Shown here one piece after another: positions 38,849 through 48,423 of a DNA stretch of 64,000 nucleotides (position 1 is the first letter of the stretch; each line of letters starts with the position of its first letter). Source of the DNA: a virus; the IMG/VR virus record IMGVR_UViG_3300030098_004409, positions 1 to 64,000 of that record; one strand, written 5' to 3'. The notes under the pieces are model-generated. The model searched no databases. It was not told the DNA's origin and saw nothing but the letters and a program-made list of their open reading frames with translations. A program made the position numbers and the translations under genes.

Positions 38849-39066
38849 TGGATCATAAATCAGATTACAAATCGGTTCTTTTTTCTGGATGTGCTATCGA
38901 GTACAAAGACATTAGCCTATGCAATTTAGGCAACTACATACCATCTAGGAATGGTATGTCTCGTACTTATCAAGTACACTCTAAGAAGCTAAAATTTAGT
39001 AAGATTTACAAGAATATAGACGATGCAGTTGATAAGTTTTTTGAATTGAAAGGTGCTGTAAGATGA
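38848..39066 (+). CDS. Hypothetical protein
   Basis: TAATG and ATGA coupling. Confidence 0.6.
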   Translation: MDHKSDYKSVLFSGCAIEYKDISLCNLGNYIPSRNGMSRTYQVHSKKLKFSKIYKNIDDAVDKFFELKGAVR

Positions 39067-39521
39067 GAACATATTTAATGAAATCAGGTGATGAGTACAA
39101 AATCGGTAAGGCGAAAACTCCCCATGAGAGGTTGAAAACATTGAAACCCGCAAGACCTGATATTGAGCTATTGGCAGATTGTGATGAGGCACTTGTAAGT
39201 GAAGCTGCATTGCATAAAATGTATTCTAGTAAAAATACTGAAGGCGAGTGGTTTAAGTTGTCTGATGCGGATGTTCGATCTATAACTGAGCTTATGGAGT
39301 CAGATACAACTTTTATGAATCCTACAACTAATGTATGTTATGTATTTCCAGTAGACCTTAGAGACAAAATGCAGATGGTGAGTTCTTTCACAGGACAGTC
39401 ACAAAGTAAAATTGTTGCAGGGCTGGTGACTAATTATTTGGAAGAATTAGACATTAATTTTGACCAATTAATTAAGATAAAATCTAATCTACTAGCGGAG
39501 GTGGCTGGTAATGAACTATAG
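39063..39521 (+). CDS. GIY-YIG-superfamily (T5orf172/MUG113-like) protein
   Basis: YLM...YKIG...RLKTL...EAALH...GEWF; possible ribbon-helix-helix C-terminus. Confidence 0.75.
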   Translation: MRTYLMKSGDEYKIGKAKTPHERLKTLKPARPDIELLADCDEALVSEAALHKMYSSKNTEGEWFKLSDADVRSITELMESDTTFMNPTTNVCYVFPVDLRDKMQMVSSFTGQSQSKIVAGLVTNYLEELDINFDQLIKIKSNLLAEVAGNEL

Positions 39522-40200
39522 AGATATAATTGTATTTGACTTTGAGACTGGGTCTAGAAATCCACATAAAACTCAACCTACCCAAATTGCAGCAATAGCA
39601 CTTCACGGCAGACGATTAACATTACAGCCCGGCGGAGTATTCAATAGCGAGATCAGACCAATTCTTGACGATAAGAAGGCTATTGAGGCAGGATTTGACC
39701 CCATTGAAGATGAAGCCCTTCAAATCACTGGAAAGAACCGCAAGGATTTGGCAAAAGCGCCATCACCGAAGAGTGTCTGGGAAAAGTTTGAGGACTTCTG
39801 TAACAAGTTTAACTTCAGAGGGACTTCTTATACGGCTCCAATCGCAGCTGGCTATAACATCATCGGCTTTGACCTGCCAATCGTCCAAAGAATGTGCGAC
39901 ATGTACGGCACAACTGATTCTAGAGGAAGACAGACTGTATTCAATCCAATTTTCAAGTTAGATTTGATGGATATGGTATTTTCTTGGACTGAGAATAATA
40001 AAGACTTTAAGAGTCTTAGCATGGACTTCCTTAGAGAGTATATGGGTTTTCCTGAAGAGAGCAAGCAGAACGCTCACGATGCCCTGCAGGACGTTAAGGA
40101 CACGGCTAACATATTGATTAAGTTCTTAAAGTTCCAACGTAATATTTCAGAAAAGACTAAGTTTGAGAAAGCATTTGCAAATGGCGAATTCTACGTTTAA
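39511..40200 (+). CDS. DEDDh 3'-5' exonuclease (DnaQ-like)
   Basis: FDFETG, GYNIIGFD, HDALQD. Confidence 0.88.
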   Translation: MNYRDIIVFDFETGSRNPHKTQPTQIAAIALHGRRLTLQPGGVFNSEIRPILDDKKAIEAGFDPIEDEALQITGKNRKDLAKAPSPKSVWEKFEDFCNKFNFRGTSYTAPIAAGYNIIGFDLPIVQRMCDMYGTTDSRGRQTVFNPIFKLDLMDMVFSWTENNKDFKSLSMDFLREYMGFPEESKQNAHDALQDVKDTANILIKFLKFQRNISEKTKFEKAFANGEFYV

Positions 40201-41740
40201 TATTGACAACTTTAATGATGATAAAACTTGGGATCTAATCTGTGAAGGATATACCAAAGGAGTCTTCCAGTTAGAATCTCAGCTCGGTAGATCTTGGGCA
40301 AAAAGAGTACGCCCAAGAAATATTGAAGAGCTAGCTGCATTAATTTCGCTTATTCGTCCCGGCTGTCTAAAGGCTTTTACGGAAGGTAAGTCGATGACAC
40401 AACACTATGTTGATCGTAAGGCGGGTATTGATGAAGTAAAGTATTTACATGACAGCCTTGAGCCAATCCTCAAAGAGACATTTGGGGTTCTCGTATACCA
40501 AGAGCAGTCTATGAAGATAGCTCAACAGCTTGCTGGTTTTGACCTGAAAGAAGCGGATAATCTAAGAAAAGCTATTGGCAAGAAAAAAGCTGGTCTTATG
40601 GCTGAAATTAAAGGCTCTTTTGTGCAGGGTGCAACCGACAAGGGTATTGATGAAGAGACATCAGAAGAAATATTTGGATGGATTGAAAAGTCAAACAGGT
40701 ATGCGTTTAATAAGTCACACGCTGTTTCATATGCCGTCAACGCATACAGAAGCGCCTACTGCAAAGTTCATCGACGGGTTAGGTTTTTTGAATCTTATCT
40801 TAATCACGCCCAGAGAAAGCCAGATCCTCAGCAAGAAATAAAGGAATTAGTATCTGATGCTAAGCTTTATGACATAGAGGTATTACCTCCTAGAGTTGGT
40901 CATTTCTACACAGACTTTACTGCCAATGGGGACAAGATATATTTTGGTATCACAAACGTAAAGGGTGTTGGTACTGCTGAGTCTAGGAAGATGCTTGATT
41001 TAATCCCTCAAATAGAGAAGAGGCTCGGCAAAGACTTCTCAGAATTCACTTGGCTAGATACGCTTTTGACATTAGGCTTCAAAGTAAACAAGACATGCAT
41101 GGAGTCTTTAATAAGTGTTGGAGCTTTTAACGGCAAAAAGAACCGCATGCATAGAAATGAGATGATGTATGAGTATAAAAGCTACAGGAGTCTTTCACAG
41201 AGAGAACGAGAGTGGCTAAGCGAAAACTATAACTCAAATGACACGCTAATCTACGCTATAGATAATATGATAAATAACCTAAAGATAAATTCAAACAGGT
41301 TAATTAAAGTATTTGATATTAGAAATATGATCGACTCTCCGCCATTTGATTTGACTGATCACGAAGGATGGATAGCGGACACAGAGAAGAAGTATATGGG
41401 CACTTCACTTACCTTTTCAAAGACTGATGGTATACAGAGCTCTCTAGTAAATTGCACATGTAAAGAGATTATTAACGGTAGAACTGGTAAGGTTAATGTT
41501 GCTGTTCATATTAATTCTTTGCGGGAGTATGTTACTAAAAACGGCAAAAATCCCGGTCAAACAATGGCTTTTTTAAGCGTAGAAGACTCTAGCGCTACTC
41601 TGGACTCAGCCGTTATGTTTCCCGATGCATACGATGAGTTCAAAGGTATCATGTATGAGGGCAACACAGTACTATTATTCGGTCAGGTTTCCAAGAAAAA
41701 AGATACCAGTTTAATAATTAACAAAGTGTCTGAAGTATAG
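40181..41740 (+). CDS. dnaE: DNA polymerase III alpha, C-terminal part (fingers, HhH, OB)
   Basis: GVFQLES, RPG, YQEQ, LRKAIGKK, YAFNKSHA, VKGVG, MAFLSVED. Confidence 0.93.
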   Translation: MANSTFNIDNFNDDKTWDLICEGYTKGVFQLESQLGRSWAKRVRPRNIEELAALISLIRPGCLKAFTEGKSMTQHYVDRKAGIDEVKYLHDSLEPILKETFGVLVYQEQSMKIAQQLAGFDLKEADNLRKAIGKKKAGLMAEIKGSFVQGATDKGIDEETSEEIFGWIEKSNRYAFNKSHAVSYAVNAYRSAYCKVHRRVRFFESYLNHAQRKPDPQQEIKELVSDAKLYDIEVLPPRVGHFYTDFTANGDKIYFGITNVKGVGTAESRKMLDLIPQIEKRLGKDFSEFTWLDTLLTLGFKVNKTCMESLISVGAFNGKKNRMHRNEMMYEYKSYRSLSQREREWLSENYNSNDTLIYAIDNMINNLKINSNRLIKVFDIRNMIDSPPFDLTDHEGWIADTEKKYMGTSLTFSKTDGIQSSLVNCTCKEIINGRTGKVNVAVHINSLREYVTKNGKNPGQTMAFLSVEDSSATLDSAVMFPDAYDEFKGIMYEGNTVLLFGQVSKKKDTSLIINKVSEV

Positions 41741-41754
41741 TATAATGCTATAAT
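41718..41754 (+). promoter_or_regulatory. sigma70-type promoter(s) upstream of ssb
   Basis: TTAACA-17-TATAAT(41741) and an overlapping extended -10 TGcTATAAT. Confidence 0.6.
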
Positions 41755-41785
41755 CTCTTATAGTCTTAATTTAATAGGAGGTTTA

Positions 41786-42115
41786 ATGAATAATTGTACT
41801 TTAATAGGAAGGTTCGTAGCTGATCCCACAATAAGGGACGTTGGCAAGACAAAGCTTGTTACTTTTTCTTTAGCTATCGAAGAGTACAGAAGAGACAAAG
41901 ACGGCAATAAGAAAAAACGTGTTGACTTTTTTGACTTTGAAGCTTGGGATACTGGAGCAGAAACAATAAATGAGTTTTGTAGCAAGGGAGATATTATAGC
42001 TGTTAATGCATCTGCCCGACAACAGAAATGGACTAATTCAAATGATGAACATAGGCAAAAGGTAGTTTTTCGTGTCCAAAACTTTAGAATATTCTCAGGC
42101 AGAGAAAATGAGTAG
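41786..42115 (+). CDS. ssb: Single-stranded DNA-binding protein, no acidic tail
   Basis: MNNCTLIGRFVADP...FSLAI...FFDFEAW...KG; AGGAGG SD. Confidence 0.9.
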   Translation: MNNCTLIGRFVADPTIRDVGKTKLVTFSLAIEEYRRDKDGNKKKRVDFFDFEAWDTGAETINEFCSKGDIIAVNASARQQKWTNSNDEHRQKVVFRVQNFRIFSGRENE

Positions 42116-42587
42116 TGTAGAAGCTCAAGTTGACGAAAATTTAGATATTATTATATATCTTATAGCAGAATTCAACAACACAACAGATACACATGATTTT
42201 GAAGATCTACTACAGGTAGGTTTTTTAGGTATGCTTAAGGCTATAAATAACTTTGATGAAGATAAAGGTAATCTAAGGGATTACATTTTTTGTTCGGTTA
42301 GAAACTCTCTTATAAAGTTTCTTAAGAAAGAACTGCAATGGAAAGAGAATATAAAACTAGAACCAAATATCTCTCCCGACTGGAACGATAATTATGACAT
42401 CATGGAATTTGACAACATACTAAAGTCTTACGCTAATAAACTTATACCCCTTGAGAGAAAAATACTAGAGCTTAGATTTAGTGGTATGACGAGAAAACAA
42501 ATATGCGAGGAAACCGCATTGACAAAGAACGAATACTATAGTTTTTTATACTCTGCAATAGGAAAGATTAAAAAATATGAAGCGTAA
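42108..42587 (+). CDS. sigma70-family sigma factor
   Basis: EDLLQVGFLGMLKAINNFD (region 2); ERKILELRFSGMTRKQI (region 4). Confidence 0.8.
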   Translation: MSSVEAQVDENLDIIIYLIAEFNNTTDTHDFEDLLQVGFLGMLKAINNFDEDKGNLRDYIFCSVRNSLIKFLKKELQWKENIKLEPNISPDWNDNYDIMEFDNILKSYANKLIPLERKILELRFSGMTRKQICEETALTKNEYYSFLYSAIGKIKKYEA

Positions 42588-44226
42588 AAAGATTCTTTTC
42601 TGTTCAGAAGGCCACCACTTACCCACAGGGTATTCCGTATATACCAAAGAGGTGCTTTCTAGATTATGCACTGACCCGAGGTTTGAAGTAGCTGAACTTG
42701 CGTGCTACACCGACGCAAAGACTGCGGCGAAACACCAGAAGGGATGGAAGATATTTCCTAATCAGCCAGAAAAAGACAGCTCTGACTGGGCGGATTATAA
42801 GCGTTACCCTACTGCTGAATTTGGAGACTTCACATTTAATCATGTGCTATTGGACTTTATGCCGGACTTCGTGATGGATATTAGAGATTGGTGGATGTTT
42901 GAATTTCAGCAGCGCTCTGCATTTAGAAAGTTTTATAATTGGTGTATTATGCCGACCGTAGATGCGGCTCCACAAAATATGCAGTGGATAGACACTTTTG
43001 CTAGCGCGGATTCTGTTTTTGCATACTCTGAATTTGGTCGAGATGTTCTCACAAGCCAATGCGATGCGCTTAATTTTATTGATGTAGCTTCTCCGTGTGC
43101 CAGTAAAGAATTTTCACCCGTATTGGATAAAGCAAAACATAGAGAAAGTTTAGGGTTGTCACCAGATTCCTTCATATTGGGGACTGTTATGAGAAACCAA
43201 AGAAGAAAGCTATATCCAGATCTATTTAGGGTCTTTAGAGAGTTTATAGACACCACTAAAGCAACAGACGCTTATCTTTATTGTCATACATCTTATCCAG
43301 ATATTGGGTGGGAGATACCAGAACTACTACAAAAATATGGGCTAACGAACAGAGTCCTGTTCACCTATAAATGCAAGAACTGTGGTAAGTTAAGCTGCAA
43401 TTTTTTTGATGATGTTATTTCACACTGTTATTCTTGCGGAACATACAAGAGAGAGCTAGTGGGCATAAACAACCAGCTTGAGCGCCATGAGCTAGCTATG
43501 ATTTATAATCTTTTCGATCTGTATATCCAGTATGCTAATTCTGAAGGCTTTGGTATGCCGCAACTTGAAGCTACGCAATGTGGAGTACCTTTGATTACAG
43601 TTGATTACTCTGCTATGCAATCTGTTGCTGACAATGTTGGCGCTATAAAGATACCACCTTTGGCGTTGCCGATGGAGTGCGAAACTGGATGCCATAGGGC
43701 TATACCTAACAACGAGTTTGCGCTGGTTGAAATTTGCAACCTATACAACTCGCCGCGCGAAAAGCTTAAGCAGCTGGGATTTGCTATGAGGCAGAAGACT
43801 AGAGAAAGGTATAACTGGGATAAGACCGCTAAAATATGGGCTGATTACTTTGCGGCTACTCCAGTAAAAGATTTATCTGAGACTTGGCTATCGCCTCCAC
43901 AGGTGCTAGAGCCTTTGGCTTCTTCTGTACCAGATGGCTTGACTATCAAGGAACAGGTTAACTTTTTATTCACTAATGTGCTACGATGTCCCGAGTTAAT
44001 TGGTAGTCATCAGTGGCGAAAGACAATTAAAGACCTAACTTATAAATGCACTGCACAAAGCACAGATGTAAATTATTACTTCAGCGAGTCTCACATAAAT
44101 AATAATGTTCGCAACTGGTCTAGCTTTAGCGTAGAAAACGCATGCGAACATATGCTAAGCATGAGAAAAGTTATGAATGACTGGGAAAAGTTGCGAGCAG
44201 ACAAATTAAGGAGCATGTCAGTATGA
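42577..44226 (+). CDS. Glycosyltransferase family 4 with zinc-ribbon insertion
   Basis: RNQRRK, EGFGMPQLEA; CKNC...CYSC insert. Confidence 0.88.
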   Translation: MKRKKILFCSEGHHLPTGYSVYTKEVLSRLCTDPRFEVAELACYTDAKTAAKHQKGWKIFPNQPEKDSSDWADYKRYPTAEFGDFTFNHVLLDFMPDFVMDIRDWWMFEFQQRSAFRKFYNWCIMPTVDAAPQNMQWIDTFASADSVFAYSEFGRDVLTSQCDALNFIDVASPCASKEFSPVLDKAKHRESLGLSPDSFILGTVMRNQRRKLYPDLFRVFREFIDTTKATDAYLYCHTSYPDIGWEIPELLQKYGLTNRVLFTYKCKNCGKLSCNFFDDVISHCYSCGTYKRELVGINNQLERHELAMIYNLFDLYIQYANSEGFGMPQLEATQCGVPLITVDYSAMQSVADNVGAIKIPPLALPMECETGCHRAIPNNEFALVEICNLYNSPREKLKQLGFAMRQKTRERYNWDKTAKIWADYFAATPVKDLSETWLSPPQVLEPLASSVPDGLTIKEQVNFLFTNVLRCPELIGSHQWRKTIKDLTYKCTAQSTDVNYYFSESHINNNVRNWSSFSVENACEHMLSMRKVMNDWEKLRADKLRSMSV

Positions 44227-45329
44227 AGGTAGTATATATAGGAAACTACAATGATGGCACAGGATGGGGAAATGCTTGCCTAAACAATATATTAGCGCTA
44301 GACTCTGCCGGAGTAAACGTTGTCCCTAGATCAATAACTTTTAATGGGTCACATATTACAGAAAATAGAAGAGTCAAACATCTTGAAGACCAATCTCAAA
44401 GTGGTGCGGAAGTTTGTATACAGCACACCCTGCCGACTCTATATCATTGCAATACCTCCTTAAAGAACATAGGTATCTTCTACACGGAAACAAATACCTT
44501 TTCTGAAAGCATGTGGCATAAATACATAAATTTGATGGATGAGGCTTGGGTGGCTAACTCACAGATGGTTAAGGCTTCAGCCCTTAGTGGTGTTAACGTG
44601 CCTGTTAAGATCTGTCCCTTACCGATAGACTTGGAAGACTATAAGAATGTTGAGGACTGTGCCAGTATAGGTGAATTCGATGGTTGTTTTAATTTTTGTT
44701 TTGTGGGCGAGTTTATAAAAAGAAAAAACGTAGAGGTATTGCTAAGAGCTTATCATACAGAATTTCATCCCTCTGAACCAGTAAACTTGTTCCTAAAGCT
44801 TTCTATGCCGGGAGCTACTTCTGATGCAGCCCTTAAAGAGTTTGATAGATTTTCAGAGAGTGTTAAGTCTGGCCTAAAAATTAGAAAGAACTATCGTAAA
44901 GAAGTTGCAATTACTGGAAGGCTAGAAAAAAAACACCTAGTTTCCTTAGTTGATAAAACAGATTGCTTTGTAATGCCTAGTTTTGGAGAGGCTTGGTGTA
45001 TACCAGCGCTAGAAGCTATGGCTTTAGGCAAGCCAGTAATCCATACGCAGGGAACCGGCATGGATGATTTTTGTGTTGGATGGCCAGTTCAGTCTAGATC
45101 AACAAGGTGTTACTTGGCAAATGACTCTATGCAAGATGTCTATACATCATTGACTTCTTGGAAGGAAATTGATGTGGAGGCTTTAGCTTCTACAATGAGA
45201 GTCGCGTATGAGACATATAAAAATGACAAGCAGGAGTGGAGTAGGCTGCAGTCTCTATCGAAAGAAAGAGCTGAGGACTACACGATTGAAAGAGTAGGCC
45301 AAACAATGAAGGAGCTTTTAAATGTCTAG
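44223..45329 (+). CDS. Glycosyltransferase family 4
   Basis: RKN, PSFGEAWCIPALEAMALGKP. Confidence 0.88.
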   Translation: MKVVYIGNYNDGTGWGNACLNNILALDSAGVNVVPRSITFNGSHITENRRVKHLEDQSQSGAEVCIQHTLPTLYHCNTSLKNIGIFYTETNTFSESMWHKYINLMDEAWVANSQMVKASALSGVNVPVKICPLPIDLEDYKNVEDCASIGEFDGCFNFCFVGEFIKRKNVEVLLRAYHTEFHPSEPVNLFLKLSMPGATSDAALKEFDRFSESVKSGLKIRKNYRKEVAITGRLEKKHLVSLVDKTDCFVMPSFGEAWCIPALEAMALGKPVIHTQGTGMDDFCVGWPVQSRSTRCYLANDSMQDVYTSLTSWKEIDVEALASTMRVAYETYKNDKQEWSRLQSLSKERAEDYTIERVGQTMKELLNV

Positions 45330-46344
45330 TATGGCTTCACAACAATCTGTCAGATCTATAGTTAGAAGATCTACCCTATCGTCTGGCGACAAGCTTAACG
45401 TGCTTACGTTTTGCACACATGAAAGATATGAACAAAATTTATGTCGAACCGGACACAACTTTTACTCTATAAATCATGGAAAAACTTGGAATAGAGACTT
45501 TGGTAAAATACCAAGCAATTACGAGGAGTGCGATGTTGCTCCTTGGCATATAAACTTTGATTTAATATTATGTCATACAAGCTGCGAAAGAATGTCATTA
45601 GCGAAGCAGCTTCAATCATTGTTTAATATTCCCATATTAAGGCACACTCATGTGCTGCCTGATATTAGGTTTAATGTTCAAGAACAAGTTTCTGGCTTTA
45701 ATTCAATACCAGTAGACCATAACAGCTTCATATCCAACTATAATATGCAACAATGGGGCAACTATAAAAACAATACAACTTCGGTCATAGAACATGGCGT
45801 AGATGTTGATTTTTGGGATAGCGGAGAAAAGCTAGATAGAGAGAATGTTTTGCTGTCGGTTGTTAACCAATGGCCAGATAGAGACTGGTGCTGTGGATGG
45901 AATCTCTGGAAAGAGACGGTAGGATTTCAATCACTTCACGCTATGCCAGTTAGGGTTCTTGGTGACAGTCCGGGACTTTCTAAGCCTGCAGACAGTATAG
46001 AATCTCTCAGAGATGCATATAAGAGCTCATCTATATTTTTGAACACATCAATACACTCTCCAGTGCCGACAGTTCTCATGGAAGCTATGGCTTCTGGGTG
46101 TGCAGTAGTTAGTACAAACAACTGTATGATCCCAGAAATAATCGAACATGGTCAAAATGGATTACTTGCCGACACTGCAGATGAACTACGCGCATCGTGC
46201 CAATATCTTCTAGACAACCCATCTAAGGCTAGAGAGTTAGGTGAGGCGGCAAAGAAGACAATGCAGGACAAATTTAACTTGCAAAGATTCGTCGATGATT
46301 GGAACGATCTATTTTTTAATGTTATAGATAACTATAGGAAATAA
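45322..46344 (+). CDS. Glycosyltransferase family 4
   Basis: PTVLMEAMASGCAVV, EIIEHGQNG. Confidence 0.85.
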   Translation: MSSMASQQSVRSIVRRSTLSSGDKLNVLTFCTHERYEQNLCRTGHNFYSINHGKTWNRDFGKIPSNYEECDVAPWHINFDLILCHTSCERMSLAKQLQSLFNIPILRHTHVLPDIRFNVQEQVSGFNSIPVDHNSFISNYNMQQWGNYKNNTTSVIEHGVDVDFWDSGEKLDRENVLLSVVNQWPDRDWCCGWNLWKETVGFQSLHAMPVRVLGDSPGLSKPADSIESLRDAYKSSSIFLNTSIHSPVPTVLMEAMASGCAVVSTNNCMIPEIIEHGQNGLLADTADELRASCQYLLDNPSKARELGEAAKKTMQDKFNLQRFVDDWNDLFFNVIDNYRK

Positions 46345-46345
46345 A

Positions 46346-46783
46346 ATGAAGGTAATAATATCACATAAAAATCCCCAACAAAACAGTCACACATGGATAC
46401 AAGACATATCAAATCTAGATGTTCTTGTCGATGATGCAGAGGCTACAGAGATAATCGTAGACAGCACTTTATGCACATTCAACTTTGCTAATATTGGCGG
46501 AATCTTAAATAAGATAATGTCAAAGCTAAGGCTAAATGGTAAAATTGTAATATACGAAAAGGATATCGACATAGTTTGTTACACCTATAATAAGTCTGGA
46601 ATGAACATACAAGACTTAAATAATCTTATTTTTGAAGAGACTCCAGCAGTGGCTTGCTTTTTGAACACAGAGGTTATATCTGACTTGCTTACACAGGCCG
46701 GACTTACAATAGATGAAAAATTTGTAAACAATGACACCATGCAGTCAATAATAATCGCAAGGAGAACAAAAAATGCAATCTGA
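46346..46783 (+). CDS. Hypothetical protein (methyltransferase-like fragment)
   Basis: KLRLNGKIVI and LLTQAGL resemble class I MTase C-terminal motifs. Confidence 0.5.
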   Translation: MKVIISHKNPQQNSHTWIQDISNLDVLVDDAEATEIIVDSTLCTFNFANIGGILNKIMSKLRLNGKIVIYEKDIDIVCYTYNKSGMNIQDLNNLIFEETPAVACFLNTEVISDLLTQAGLTIDEKFVNNDTMQSIIIARRTKNAI

Positions 46784-47597
46784 ATATCAAGTTGAAACAT
46801 ATTGTAAAAATTGTGTGTTTGCGGAATACACCGACAATAAACAAACAGGATGTGAGTTAGGTAGACATAAAATATTTAATCCGGAAGAAGCCACCCGAGA
46901 AGAAGATGGTAAACACGCCTACGTGTTTAATAGATTTTGTACCGCCTTCCGTCCAGAAGAATGGAAGCTTGTCTTAGACGATGAAGAAAAAAAGGATTTA
47001 GTTGCGACAGTAAAGTCTGAGATATTTCCCCCATTGGGTATTTTTATATTCTTAAAAACTACAGCGCCTAACCCGATACAGAATTTGAAAAATAGGATAC
47101 AAGAAATAAAAGATCAAACAGTTGGTAGTCTTAGATATATTGTGGTAATCAACAGTAAAGTAGAATATAATGAAGAAATACATAGCACATTAAACGACTC
47201 CTTTGACTTTGATGAAACTGAGTTTCACATAGTGCAGACTCTATTGGAACAAAGAGATCTGCTATATATAGATGATGCCTTTAAGCATGCAAAAAATGGC
47301 TGGATTTATGTAACCGAATCAAACTGCAAGATTAGAAAAGATCTCTTCGAGGCTATTGATTATAACATAAATGTTAAGCTTAACAGGGTTGTTCTTGTTG
47401 AACCATCAGACGGTATTCAGGGAATGATTTTTCAAGCCGCTATACATAAGTTTCTTGATGGTAGCAATAACATATTAGACATAAAAAATGCTGCACAAGT
47501 AAGGGTTAACTTTTTAGAAAAAGTGAGAGCACTTGCTGAGAATAGCGATGAGAAAACAGTCTTTACACAAGAGGAGTTCTTTGATGCAGCTTCCTAA
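46773..47597 (+). CDS. Hypothetical protein
   Basis: N-terminal CKNC...C...C; operon context. Confidence 0.7.
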   Translation: MQSEYQVETYCKNCVFAEYTDNKQTGCELGRHKIFNPEEATREEDGKHAYVFNRFCTAFRPEEWKLVLDDEEKKDLVATVKSEIFPPLGIFIFLKTTAPNPIQNLKNRIQEIKDQTVGSLRYIVVINSKVEYNEEIHSTLNDSFDFDETEFHIVQTLLEQRDLLYIDDAFKHAKNGWIYVTESNCKIRKDLFEAIDYNINVKLNRVVLVEPSDGIQGMIFQAAIHKFLDGSNNILDIKNAAQVRVNFLEKVRALAENSDEKTVFTQEEFFDAAS

Positions 47598-48423
47598 AGT
47601 ATCAGTCATAATATCAAACTATAATTATGGAGACTATGTTTTAGATGCTATAGACAGCGCCCTCAAGCAGGACTATGAGGGACAAATACGTGTCTACGTG
47701 CTAGATGACGGATCTTCCGATGGTTCTTGGGATAAAATTCGCACTTACTGCGGAGAAGATATTTCAAGCATAACAAATCAGCATGAAATTGATGAACCAT
47801 ATTACAGGGGATCTATGGAGTCATTTCAATGTAATGATCTAGGTTTATGGTGTTATCGCATCAATAACTCAGGGGCGAGCACCGCTAGGAATGTTGCGAT
47901 TTGGGAGGCTTGGAACTGGACAGACTATTTTGCTATTTTAGATGCAGACGATATGTATGATCCCTCAAAGATACGGAAACATGTAGATGTGCTAATGAAG
48001 CACGACGAGGTTGGTGTAGCTTACTCCGACTACATTATACATAAAACTCATTACGGGAACGTTGACTATAAAAAGTACGAATACAAATATCCATATTCGA
48101 TAAAAGAACTTCATAGGCAATGTATTGTGCATAGTGCTGGGTTAATAAAGAAACGACATTTAGAAAGGATTATACTTGAAAACAAAGAATTTTATGACAG
48201 TGCTTTACATGGCCCAGCCTCTAAGGGCTTTATAGGGTGCACAGAAGATTATGATCTTTGGATTAGATTAGCTAACGTATGTATGATTAATCATATAGCA
48301 GAGCCGTTATCTTTTGTCAGGGAAACAGGGCAAAATCAATCCATGAAGATGAACCAGAGCATTTTTATTGACAACATGCAGAAAATTAAGAGCCGCGATG
48401 AGCAGATTCATACAAAAAATTAA
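47584..48423 (+). CDS. Glycosyltransferase family 2
   Basis: VSVII..YN, DDGSSD, ARN, LDADD, EDYDLW. Confidence 0.9.
   Translation: MQLPKVSVIISNYNYGDYVLDAIDSALKQDYEGQIRVYVLDDGSSDGSWDKIRTYCGEDISSITNQHEIDEPYYRGSMESFQCNDLGLWCYRINNSGASTARNVAIWEAWNWTDYFAILDADDMYDPSKIRKHVDVLMKHDEVGVAYSDYIIHKTHYGNVDYKKYEYKYPYSIKELHRQCIVHSAGLIKKRHLERIILENKEFYDSALHGPASKGFIGCTEDYDLWIRLANVCMINHIAEPLSFVRETGQNQSMKMNQSIFIDNMQKIKSRDEQIHTKN

Noticed and set aside
37980-40260. Split intein, intron or programmed frameshift joining the dnaE halves or fusing the exonuclease to dnaE-C
   Set aside because: No intein terminal motifs; the gap is filled by intact coupled ORFs; no clear slippery site in the 40161-40200 overlap
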